Shown: positions 53,582 to 64,000 of the stretch, piece after piece | Position numbering within the stretch: position 1 is the stretch's first letter | Layout: every line of letters starts with the position of its first letter | Assembly (NCBI RefSeq): GCF_000181795.1 | Contig: NW_003526943.1 | Coordinates: 10,152,849 to 10,216,848 of the forward strand | Source of the DNA: Trichinella spiralis | Lineage: Eukaryota | Reading direction: 5' to 3' | DNA: 64,000 bases | Notes under the pieces: generated by a model | Seen by the model: only the letters and a program-made list of their open reading frames with translations | What the model was told of the DNA's origin: nothing | The model's database searches: none | Made by a program: the position numbers and the translations under genes

Positions 53582-56500
53582 CTGAAAGAAAAAATATAAA
53601 TTATTATTGTTATTATTATTGTCCATTTTCAAACTGACAACGAACTTTTTGATTATAAAAACATATATTTATTTTTACACGCAATACATTATTTATTATT
53701 TTTATTTATATAACAAAAATTTTATCAGAAATGATCTATTAAACAAAAAATAATAAATAATTTTAAATTTGAAAAAAAAAGATGCCAACTGGAGAGATGT
53801 AAGAAGAAGAAGAAGAAGAAGAATTTACATGATGACATTGTTGGACCACGATACATTTCAACGTTAATTTGGGCAAACATATCCCGTTGGACAATTCAAT
53901 TAGACAAATTGATCGTCGTTCAAATGTACGTTACGTTGGATTGAAGTGGCCTGAACGAGCAAATGCTCCATTAGGGAAATGTGCTCCGCCTTTTTGAAGC
54001 CGTCGGCGAATTGATTTGCAACGGATCATTTTCTCAGTCAATCCAACATGCCAATTTTAGGAATAAAACACGCATTCCATTATTATATTCAATTTTCACT
54101 AATCGTTCAAAAAAGGGAAACTTTTCAAATTTCATACATGGGATAAAGGGAAAAAAAATAAATAAATAAATAAACAAGTGCAGTGTGTAATTTTATAATA
54201 ATAATAATAATAATAATAATGTATTATTTATTAAAAGAATCAGATCATCGAGCAGAGAAAAATCTCCGCAACCAGAGAAGAATGGAAACGAGCGAAGCGT
54301 TGTAAATTTAATGGTCCAACTTGTCGCAATTATTGGTAATCAGTGAGTTTTAGCAGTTGAACCGAGTGTCACAGTGGAAAAGTGGCAATGATGCGTGCCT
54401 GCATGACAATTGGATGAAAAAGCAAAAGAAACACATCAACTGTGAATCTTGAAAATGCCGCCGAGGCCAAATTGGACTAATCGCCATTGTACAAGCCCAT
54501 TTGATCAACGCGACAAGTTGAAATTTCACAACATCAAAATACAAATATATTTATACTGTAAAAATGTGAAAATATTCAAATTAAAATAGTAGGTATTTTT
54601 TGGAAACAGATTTTCAAGTACAAAATACGAACGAATACAGTATAGAAAAGGAATAAATGGATGAATGGGAATTGATTCGAATCAGTTCAATTCAATTGAA
54701 GAGTTGTTAAAAATTTAATTTCCATTGATTCAAAAACGAACAGTAGTGGGAAAAAGTTGATAAGATTTGAAATTTGAAGAAAAAATTGAATTAAATATAA
54801 AATCGATCAAAGTAAAATTTCATAGACCCTAATCAACTGTTGAACGTGTGCATAAAGGATGACAAGACGTGAAACATGACAATTAAACGTTGACAAAGTT
54901 GATGATGGTGGTGGTGATGAAAGAAGCAAAGCAGCGCGACAAGCACAAGCACACGTCAAGCACGGACGCCTCCTCCTCCACTCAGGAAGTGTGAAAAGAA
55001 AAGCCGCTCCTACTTTTAGCACATGTTCGACCAGATGGAATTTTTATTATTTGATTTTTTTTATGAAAATTCTTCACTCAGCAACAAATTTTGCCAGATT
55101 TATCCTGCGGCATTCAATTTTCAAATGCACACATTAGAAAAGCATACATAATACAATCAATCAATGTTCGACGTGAAAATTAAATAAAAGTCAATTTTAA
55201 CCATAACGTCAACAAATAAATAAATAACAAAAGCGTAATAATAATAATAATAATAATAATGCATACATTTTAGCATACCTGAATGTAAAAGATAAAAATG
55301 TTATATTTAGCAGCGTGAGATTAGATCCGCTTTTGCATAGTGTGCGCTGCAAAGAGTGGAAGACATTGAAAACGACCCAAAGCATTTGCATTAAAAGAAC
55401 CAGATTTTTCGAGTTGCTATTTTTTGTGTTCTTCTTTTTTAGTCCAAATATTTATTCGCACAAATAATTACAATCATCACAGGTGTGAAAGTTGCCTCAA
55501 AAAATCGAAAATTATACTTCCATTCAAAATTTTTATGCAAATTTGATCGTTCAAATTAATGTTTAATAAAAGAAAAAACGAATAAATAATTTTACTGTAA
55601 GAAGAAGCTAAACCATAAGCATAAATTATATATATTTGAAACTTGAAATCTGGAAAACAAAAATATTCCAACAATGCTGTCTGTATTGAAGTGAAAAGGT
55701 GAAAAACTAAAGCTAAAAATTACATTTGATGAAAACCAGTTTTCATCGAAAGTAAAACAAACAAACACACACACACATTCACTCCTTTGAAAGAGAATAA
55801 ACATTCAAATGAAATCAAGTTTCAAAAAAAAATTATAAAAATTTTTTAAATAACAATAAATTCGTTCAGGATAATATTTTAATGAATTGTTAAGAAAAAT
55901 AAAATGAAAAAGAATTCAAAATCAATTTGCCTCATTTTCAAAAATAATTAAAATTCTATTCAATGGTTTTCTTCAAAAAAATTACAGTACACTCAAATGC
56001 AATGTAAACTGTTAACAAATGAAAATCAGCAAACGTACAATTTATGAATACACTTTTAAATACAAATCACTCGTGCGAAGTGCAATGTCAAAATTTGTTG
56101 TTATACTGTAATATATTTGTAATGTTGCAAAAAATTTACATTCTCATTTGCAAGTGTGGAATTTTGAGATAAGTATGACCTTTTTTGTTGTCGTTTTGAA
56201 ACTTAAAAATGTGAATAATAAATTTTTAAAAACGTTGTACATTTGGTGCGATGAAATCAAATCAAATCAAATAAGCGTTAGAATGCAAAAAATAAAAAAT
56301 AAAATAAGCTGCGCATCAACAATTGAATATCAGAAGAGCAAATCAAGTGTTTTCGGACCAGCAATAGATCGATTTTTTCATTCACCACTTTCAAACTGAA
56401 CAACAATTACAAGCACAATTGTAATGGAAATTATGCAAATATAGTTGTATTAAAAGTAAATTTTAATATTTGAACAACTACAACAGAAGATACATATAAA

Positions 56501-58926
56501 ACAAGCGATAAACTATACAACGAACAACACTTTTTCTTCCACTAAGCTGAACATTGAAAAAATTCCATTCAATTTCGCACAAAGCTCAGTTGTTGCTTTA
56601 TGTTTCTTAAATTTTTTTCTGCCCTTTACATCTTTTCCAACTGGCAAATAAAATGAAAATGTTAACTTTAAAACTTATTTTAATAAAAGTTCAACGTCGT
56701 CAATGAACAATGAATTATATTATCAGAAGAGAAAAAATATATACATGTATTTTTTTCTAAAGAATAATGTATTTAAATTTAAATTAAGGAATTTTAAAAT
56801 TATTTAATGCAGACTGAGTTCATAAAAAAAACAACATTGAAAATGTCACCAAAACTGCACGATTCTTCAAATCGAATTTCAACTAAAAATTATACTGAAA
56901 AAAGAATAAAAATATTTGCAAGAGCAAAAATTTCATAATTGCATACATAATACACATTTCAGTGTTTGCTGCATATTGTCATACATTACATTCTAATAAA
57001 TTATTCAAAATGATGATGATGAAAAATTGAAATAAAAATTACTTCAAATCTAACAATAATTTTAATATGTAAATGATAAAAAAACTAGTATTTCCTGAGT
57101 GATTTTAAGCAATCCAAATGTGAAAAATGTGAATTAATTAATTAACATTGTGATGATTGACTCACTGGATGAAGAAATTCTTAATTTCATGCAATGTAGA
57201 TAATAAACGATTATACATCATCTCTGGGAACATTTCACATTTTACTAAATGTAGACTTTATCATGAAATAAATTTGTTAATAATAATAATAAAACAATTT
57301 AATAATTCACTATTTGAAAGTTATTCGAAGAAATCAGAATAAATGAATTTAACAAATTTACATAAACTTCAATTGAATCTATTTTATTGGGTATAAATAG
57401 AGTTTTTTCAAAAAAAATATGAATAAATTTCACTCACTTACCTGCATACCAATTGATCTTCTGTAATTTCATTTTTTTTGTCGATTAAGAAAGATATTTG
57501 CAATTCCAGTGATCAACTGCAACAATAATCAAGAAGTGGAAAACGAAAAAGACAGACGAAGAAGAAGAAGAAAGAATCAGATTGAAGAATGGAAAAGAAA
57601 AAAGATCACCCAAAAGCCAGCTTTCACCAAACGCCGCCATTGTAGCTTGTGCTTGTCAAATGCTAACAAAAACTTGTCATTAAACAAACAGTCATAAATA
57701 AGCTCGGCTTGATGATGATGATTGGAAAACGTCGCAGCATCTTGTCACTTGGTCTGCTTGTCGATGCTGACGTGATGATGGAATTTTTCTTGCCACTTTT
57801 TTTCCCTTTATTCTACAAGTATCCAGTTTTATTAATTTAAATTTAAAAAAAAACAACAATATTCATGATAGCATAGTGAAAATAAAAACAGAAAGAAAAA
57901 ATAATATAGCAAAGCATAATTATATATATATACTACTTTGCTATCAAATGAAATTCACAGTCAAATTGACCACTGACCAAAACATAACCAATCGATTTGC
58001 ATTTATTTATAGAATATGAATTCAAATATTGAAATAGAAATGTATCATGCTGATTTTTTACGGTCAATAGCTTGGATCCGAAGATTCATTTCCCTTTCAT
58101 GCGACCGAGCAAGCGGTTCAATCAAATCAACCAACTTATTATCCGACATCCATCCAGGTGGTCATCCGGCTTTTTCATACACTTCTTCTTTACAAAATTG
58201 TTCGATTTCAATTAAAAATCAATTTCCATTTTAACAACAGCATAAAATTATCCACTTTTCATTTATTCAGTGGAAATCAAACTGCGTTGTAAAATTCATT
58301 TTTCAAACAAAACATACGAAATTAATAATAACTTTATTACAAATTGCTTACCTTTCGCAATTAAAATATGAAAAGTTCTGCAATCATAACCTATTCACAG
58401 TTATAACAACATTTTATAATGCAAACAACAACAACAACAAAATATTCAAATTCAATTAAATATTACACTACTAGTATTATTATTATTGTTGAAAACAAAA
58501 AATTGAAATTTTTTTGGTAATTTTTTCTTCGAAGTGATCAGTGAAAAAAACCTCAATTAAAAAAATGCAACAACAACAACAACAACAAATTAGAAAAATG
58601 TATAGTACATTGAGAAAAACTTTTATTTTCACAATTCACATTTACCTGAGAAACTTATTTAAAAATGGTTCATTTTATTTCTTTTATAATTAATAAAAGA
58701 AGCCCGTCCTGGAAGTACCGCAAATTTTCACAACAGCAGCAAAATTATTCAAATATAACTCAAGCTTCCGCTGCTGCTGGTGCTGAAAATTACATGAAAA
58801 AATGCAAATAGATCTATTTTTTACATTTACATACAATTCAGCATTCGTGTAGAACAACAAATTGTTCTTCATCCATGTTATAATTAAAGTAAATTTCTGT
58901 TTTGTTGTCTTGGCATACGACACCGA

Positions 58927-60264
58927 TTAATCATCGTCGGATGATTCACTGAGTAGAAGATCTTCCTCTAAAACAGCGAAAGATCATAGTTCAGCAAAAA
59001 CAAAATTTCTTGGCAAATAATACCATCCTTTTCCATTTGATAATATTAAAATAATAATAATAATAACTCTTACGCAATTGATTGAAACCGTTATTCTTTG
59101 CATGCACAGAATTGTAAACATTTGGAGATTTAACTGGCGACGACGATTCAGAATCTGAATCATTCGGTTCTGCATTCAGCGCGGCTTCTAAACTTTCCGC
59201 TAAAAAATATATACAAAATCATACATACATAATCTTTATAAAAAAGATAAACATAATTTATTCCATGCATCTAAGAATAATTATTATTATTCAACTCTAC
59301 ATTTCGTTTACTTAGAATAAGAAAAAAAATGAACGAACAAAAATCAACAGTAAGACATCCTCATCTTCATTTGATTAATTTTGAAAATTTCAAAAAATGC
59401 ATTATCTATTGTATATGATTGAAATTTTTAATAATAAAAATTTACAAATTATTAGAAATATATTTCTAAGAAGAAATAACAATCAAAAAAACTGTGCATA
59501 CCAATATCAGCATTGTCTTCATCTTCAACGTCCGAGTCATCTTTTCCGACGCTAGAATCACTTGATGCACTCATGTATTCGTCTGAATTGGACAACAACT
59601 GGTCCATTTGGAAGTTTTCAGGCGTCGTGGGGGGCGTCTGTTCAGGAATACCTTGCAACCGATTTCGCATGTGCTGAATCGACTCCAACACTTCACTGCT
59701 AATTTCATCACTGAAATAAATTATACAAAAAAAACAGAATAAAATACTGTCGTGATAAATTATTCAAATAAAATTTATCAATATACCGGGTTTTTTTCAC
59801 TTGTATGTCATACGTTAATTGTTCGAGTGTAAACGTCTCGTTCTTGTGATCAAAAATCAACAAGTATTCTTTTTGATAATGCCTTTTTCCACCTTTAAAT
59901 ATGGTTGCATCACAGACTTCCCGTTCAACCTTAAAAAATGCATAAATGAAATTGCATAAATGAAATTATTATTCTGCAAAATTATCTACATTCAATTTTG
60001 GAAATGTAATCACAACACCGTTTTGTTCCGACAATTCGACAATGCTGTCACCAGTGTTTCCCATCGAAGCAGGTTTGAAATCATCTAAACAATAAATTCT
60101 CATAATTAGTCCAAGGTGACGATTGAATTAAAAACAACATCGAATTACTCACATCGAATGGTATGAAAATCATTCGCATGTCCATCTTTGATTAAACTTT
60201 TCCCCAATTTAAGACTATAACGACCTTTGAAGGTATATTTCGCCAAATCAGTCTCGAGTTCCAT
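58927..60264 (-). CDS. EAF1: ELL-associated factor (EAF1/EAF2 family), 241 aa
   Basis: Exons 60264-60153, 60084-59990, 59929-59787, 59710-59502, 59199-59074, 58967-58927 are in phase. Motifs YSLKLGKS...FHTIRYDFKPAS...TIFKGGKRHYQKEYLLIFDHKNETFTLEQLTYDIQVKKTR, an acidic Ser-rich tail, and the conserved end EDLLLSESSDDD*. Confidence 0.95.
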
Positions 60265-62714
60265 TGAAATAAATTTCTTTGTGTCAACTAAAATTATAAA
60301 AATCACAACTGCACAAGGAGCAGAAAATTTAAAATTAAATGCTTTCCAATAATTACAATTATCACGATAAATAAACATTACAACCATTTAAAGAGCAAAT
60401 GTTTGAAAGTCCATTGTATGGATATATTTGAATGATTTTTGCGCATTTTGCAAGAATTTTCATTCAAAAATGTCATAAAAATACTCAAATCCCTTAAATG
60501 TAAAATACATTTTTCTACTATTTGTAAAATTAAATAAAAATCAACTTTGACTAAACTAAAAAACTGTAAAAATTGAAAAAATTTGAAAATTCTTCAAAAC
60601 TTAACCAATCAAAATATGTAAAGTAACAAGTGGGGAAATATCAAAAAAAATTTGAATACTTTATCAACAATTACATAATAATTTTTAATAATAAATCACA
60701 AAAAGCATTTGATATTCATTAGAATATAATTTTAAAAGCAAACAACTTCTGAATACAAACAAAAAATAAATCACAAAAACGCAAAAATTCAGAAATTGCA
60801 CAAAAGTGTAAAAATGTAATTTAAAAATTTGTATATTTACAAAAATTTATTTACGCGATGTAATCAGAGTAGAATTTCAGTAGAGGAAATGGACTTTATA
60901 CGATATAAACTACTTCCATACAAGCTACAAAACGCACTGATAAATAAGACAGTACTTGAAAATAAAGTTGTATAAAGCAATACTGTATATATGTTTACAT
61001 TAAAAATTTCTGAAATAATATTTATCATTTATGAGTAAATATTTATACATTTTTTGAAAATTGCTTTCTAAAATTAAACAATTTCACATTGTTGTGATCT
61101 ATTTTACGAGCAACAAAATACCTTTAAACTGCACAACAAAATAATGTATGTATATATAATGTCCGCAATGGCTGTGCTTCTCAAATAGAAAAATAACTTC
61201 ATTAGCATTTTTTAAGAATATTTTAATAATATTCAAGTCAAAAAAGTGATTCGTAATCATAAATGATAATATTTTTTCCAAATGAGAATTGATTATTCAC
61301 TTCAATATGAATATAATTTGTAAAACTGCATTTCAATTCAATTAAATAGTTGCTGCCGTTTTCAATTCGATTTTAAATGATGAATAATTAAGCCGTTAAA
61401 AAAATATGATTTTCCAACAAAAGCAATTTTTATCTGAACAATAAAGAAACAACAGTTGTCATGGAAAAGTTGAAACAACATTAAAAGATATTAATCATCT
61501 GCAATATTTAAACAAATTCCAAGTTGCAATAACTGGTGCAATTAAATAATATTCTTTTCTGGTATTGCGAAATGCCTACCCTGTGTACACTGGTTGGGAA
61601 TTAATCAAAAATTGTTCCTCTTCAAACATTTCAATCATACATTTAATTATTCTGACGATAAGAGGAAATGTTTCGTTTCATTATTTATTTAATGGTACGT
61701 TTACACCCTGTCCATGATAACAATTAGCCTATTAATTATCAATTACGAAATGCTCGTGCCTGGTACTTGCTCGAATTGTTGCGAAGAAGCAGTTTTGCTA
61801 TGTGTGCAAACGCATTTGCAATTGTTGACGTGTGTTAGTAAAATTTTTCTAATTGAAACGTAATTTTTCGTATAAAAATTTCGTTGTGTTCATATTTCTA
61901 TTGGCTATAAATTGTAATAATTAACTGAATTTGCATTAACAAATCCACCTACTTCCATTTTACTACTTCACAGAAATTTGAATATAATACTCACGATGTT
62001 CAATATTTCACACACACTACACTGAGCAATCATCATTATTATTATTATGTAACAGCAAGCTTTTTGTTATCACCGGGATGAAATTATCCCTGAAATGATT
62101 TTTTTCCAAATAAAGCAACAAAAAAACGAAACTATTATCTTCATTGAAAATTAATAATGCAAAAAAAGAATTCTTTCAATTCAACAATGCTGTCTTTTGT
62201 TGTAAATTTATTTTTGCCCAATTACGACTGTTTCTAAATGCATAAAAAAACACAAAAGTGAAAAGAACAAGAAAAACACAGATTTGCAGCCACCATTTCA
62301 ACGAACACAACAAGTTGTTTAGTTGCTGTTTTGTTTTTACAGCCGCTGCCGCAACTAGCAAAAGAAATTCTGCATATCACTACAAGAAATCAATATATTC
62401 TATACATATACGTGTGTGCGTGTGTTTGCAGCGGATTTTCTCGTTTCTGATGTTTACTTCAACAAGTGCATCGCATCACATTAATGGGAAAAAAATAATA
62501 ATAAAACAACAAAAAGTAAACAAAACAGAACAAAAAACAAAACAGAAAAAAAAGTAATAACAACCGGTTTGAAATGATAAAGAAAACGAATTAATTCTGC
62601 GCATCATCCAGTAGTGGAGTTGTTGTTGTTGTTGTATGGAGATTTTTGTTGTTGTTTTTCGTAAAATTTCAAATTGGTAGCAGCAAAAAGAAAGAAAAGA
62701 AAAATAAAATTTTT

Positions 62715-63917
62715 TTACATGCGACGCACTGACCAACGGTCACCGATGGACGGTGGTGGCGGTAGACTGTTGCCAGCTGATCCGGAGACCGCGTTGTTCA
62801 GCATTGGAGCCGGTTGCATGGCGTTCAGAGCCATCAAGCCGGCGCCAGCCGACGACGGGTCTTTGACCATCGCGGTAAGTTTGGCGCGCAGACGGCCATT
62901 CTCGGCCAGAAGTTGGTCATTCTGTTCCATCAGTTCGACAAGAGACAACTTGAGCGAGTCCAACCTTTTGCGCAAACTGATATTTTCGTCAACTAGCGCT
63001 GCGCAACTGTTCGGACTGAGCGGCCGCGCGTACACGCCCGTAGGCGCCGAGTGGACGCCGGGGATCGACAGCGCCGGCGGCGGTGGCGCCGAATTTGGAG
63101 CCACCGGGGCCGAGTCCGCCGGATCGTTGTACCGAGCTCGTTTGGAGCCGAAGTCGTAGCGGTGGTCGTAGGGGGCGCGCGCGCTGTGCGCCGGCGGATC
63201 GGCCGACTGCGCACCGCAACTTCTCGACTCTCTCGACGGATAGTCGTAAGAATCTCGGGCGTCCCGTTCACATTTGGGGATGATGTGCCAGAAGCGGCAA
63301 CGCGTGCCACGCGAACAATGCCCCGACAAGTTCTCCTTGCAAATCGGCCTGCCGTTCACCACGTCCTGACCAGTGGCCGAAACAATCGCCCTGGCCAACG
63401 CCTCGGTCATCCGGCCGTGGCGTTCGTACGTTTCCATATCCCTGCGCGAACAGTGCACGTAGCGGCAAGCGTTGCGCGTGCATCTTCCGTTCTGGTAATC
63501 TTTGCAGTAGTTGATTTTTTCGTTCTGTTTCACCGTCTCAATTCGGTTAGTCTCGCTCTCTGGGTGGTAGAACTTGCACCTCGAACCTCGAAAACAGACG
63601 TTGTTCAAAAAATCCCGACAAATATCTTGACGCGATTCTGAAACGCCCGCCGCCGCCGCTGCCGCTGATGCTGCTGCTGATGATGATAGTGAAGACGATG
63701 CCGAAGCTGTTGATGGTGGTGGTGGTGATGCTGCTGCTGCTGCTGCTGCTGCTGCCGCCGCATCCGGATGGCTATTACCCTCATCATGTGATAGCGCTGC
63801 CGCTGCCGCCGCCACTGACGCCCCTGCCGCATCGCCTACTGCATTTGCGCGTTCCTCATTGAACTTTTCGTTTGAGTCGTACGAATCGTGAAAATAGTCA
63901 CCTTCGGAAGCCATCAT
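62715..63917 (-). CDS. ZC3H10: Zinc finger CCCH domain-containing protein 10-like, single coding exon, about 400 aa
   Basis: Three CCCH fingers (CRDFLNNVCFRGSRCKFYH; CKDYQNGRCTRNACRYVH; CKENLSGHCSRGTRCRFWH), then a coiled coil (LVDENISLRKRLDSLKLSLVELMEQNDQLLAENGRLRAKL), as in ZC3H10. The start is placed at the ATG after the TTTTTCAG acceptor ending at 63943. The ORF-track extension to 63998 is probably intron or outron. Confidence 0.88.
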   Translation of the reverse strand: MMASEGDYFHDSYDSNEKFNEERANAVGDAAGASVAAAAAALSHDEGNSHPDAAAAAAAAAAASPPPPSTASASSSLSSSAAASAAAAAAGVSESRQDICRDFLNNVCFRGSRCKFYHPESETNRIETVKQNEKINYCKDYQNGRCTRNACRYVHCSRRDMETYERHGRMTEALARAIVSATGQDVVNGRPICKENLSGHCSRGTRCRFWHIIPKCERDARDSYDYPSRESRSCGAQSADPPAHSARAPYDHRYDFGSKRARYNDPADSAPVAPNSAPPPPALSIPGVHSAPTGVYARPLSPNSCAALVDENISLRKRLDSLKLSLVELMEQNDQLLAENGRLRAKLTAMVKDPSSAGAGLMALNAMQPAPMLNNAVSGSAGNSLPPPPSIGDRWSVRRM

Positions 63918-64000
63918 TGAGAACAAAATCCAATAACAAGCTCTGAAAAACTGAAACAAACAAACATCATACTCAAAAGCATAACTTTTCTCCACCAACA

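Noticed and set aside
53830..54060. Stretch with recurring GTTGGA/AACGTT words suggesting a decayed transposon
   Set aside because: No terminal repeats, transposase fragment or second copy in the window. A genome-wide repeat search would be needed.
62040..62100. TCACCGGGATGAAATT as a possible miR-36-like miRNA gene
   Set aside because: There is no complementary arm upstream to form a pre-miRNA hairpin. Kept only as a possible target site on the other strand.
62674..63862. Overlapping alternative ORFs across ZC3H10
   Set aside because: GC-rich shadow frames with no recognisable domains.
57442..63917. ZC3H10, EAF and RhoGAP-START as one operon (all on the minus strand)
   Set aside because: Gaps of about 2.4 kb and at least 1.4 kb leave room for separate promoters, and there is no sequence evidence of co-transcription.
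1..64000. Prokaryotic-type systems (CRISPR arrays, defence islands, IS elements), rRNA and tRNA genes
   Set aside because: The sequence is intron-containing eukaryotic DNA. I saw no repeat-spacer arrays, cloverleafs or rRNA motifs by eye. tRNAscan-SE or Infernal would be needed to exclude small RNAs.

Overview
Eukaryotic, very AT-rich, microsatellite-rich genomic DNA with short GT-AG introns and TTTCAG-type acceptors. It looks like a nematode, plausibly clade I such as Trichinella, but the taxon is inferred from sequence style only. Splicing exons by hand gives ten protein-coding genes: the 3' half of a GRAF/ARHGAP26-type RhoGAP-SH3 gene (+), UBL3 (+), a SPATA22-like OB-fold gene (-), mitochondrial ribosomal protein L11 (-), an uncharacterised secreted protein with 16 mature-region Cys (+), PLRG1/Prp46 (-), a HEN-1/Jelly-belly-like secreted LDLa protein (+), a DLC1/STARD13-type RhoGAP-START gene spanning at least 26 kb (-), EAF (-) and ZC3H10 (-). 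The most interesting observation is the SPATA22-like meiotic ssDNA-binding gene, from a family I recall as missing in C. elegans. It sits 163 nt downstream of mrpl-11 in an operon-like layout. I could not support any rRNA, tRNA, CRISPR array or intact transposon. Most entries in the ORF track are shadow or intronic ORFs. Family assignments come from remembered sequence motifs, not database searches.
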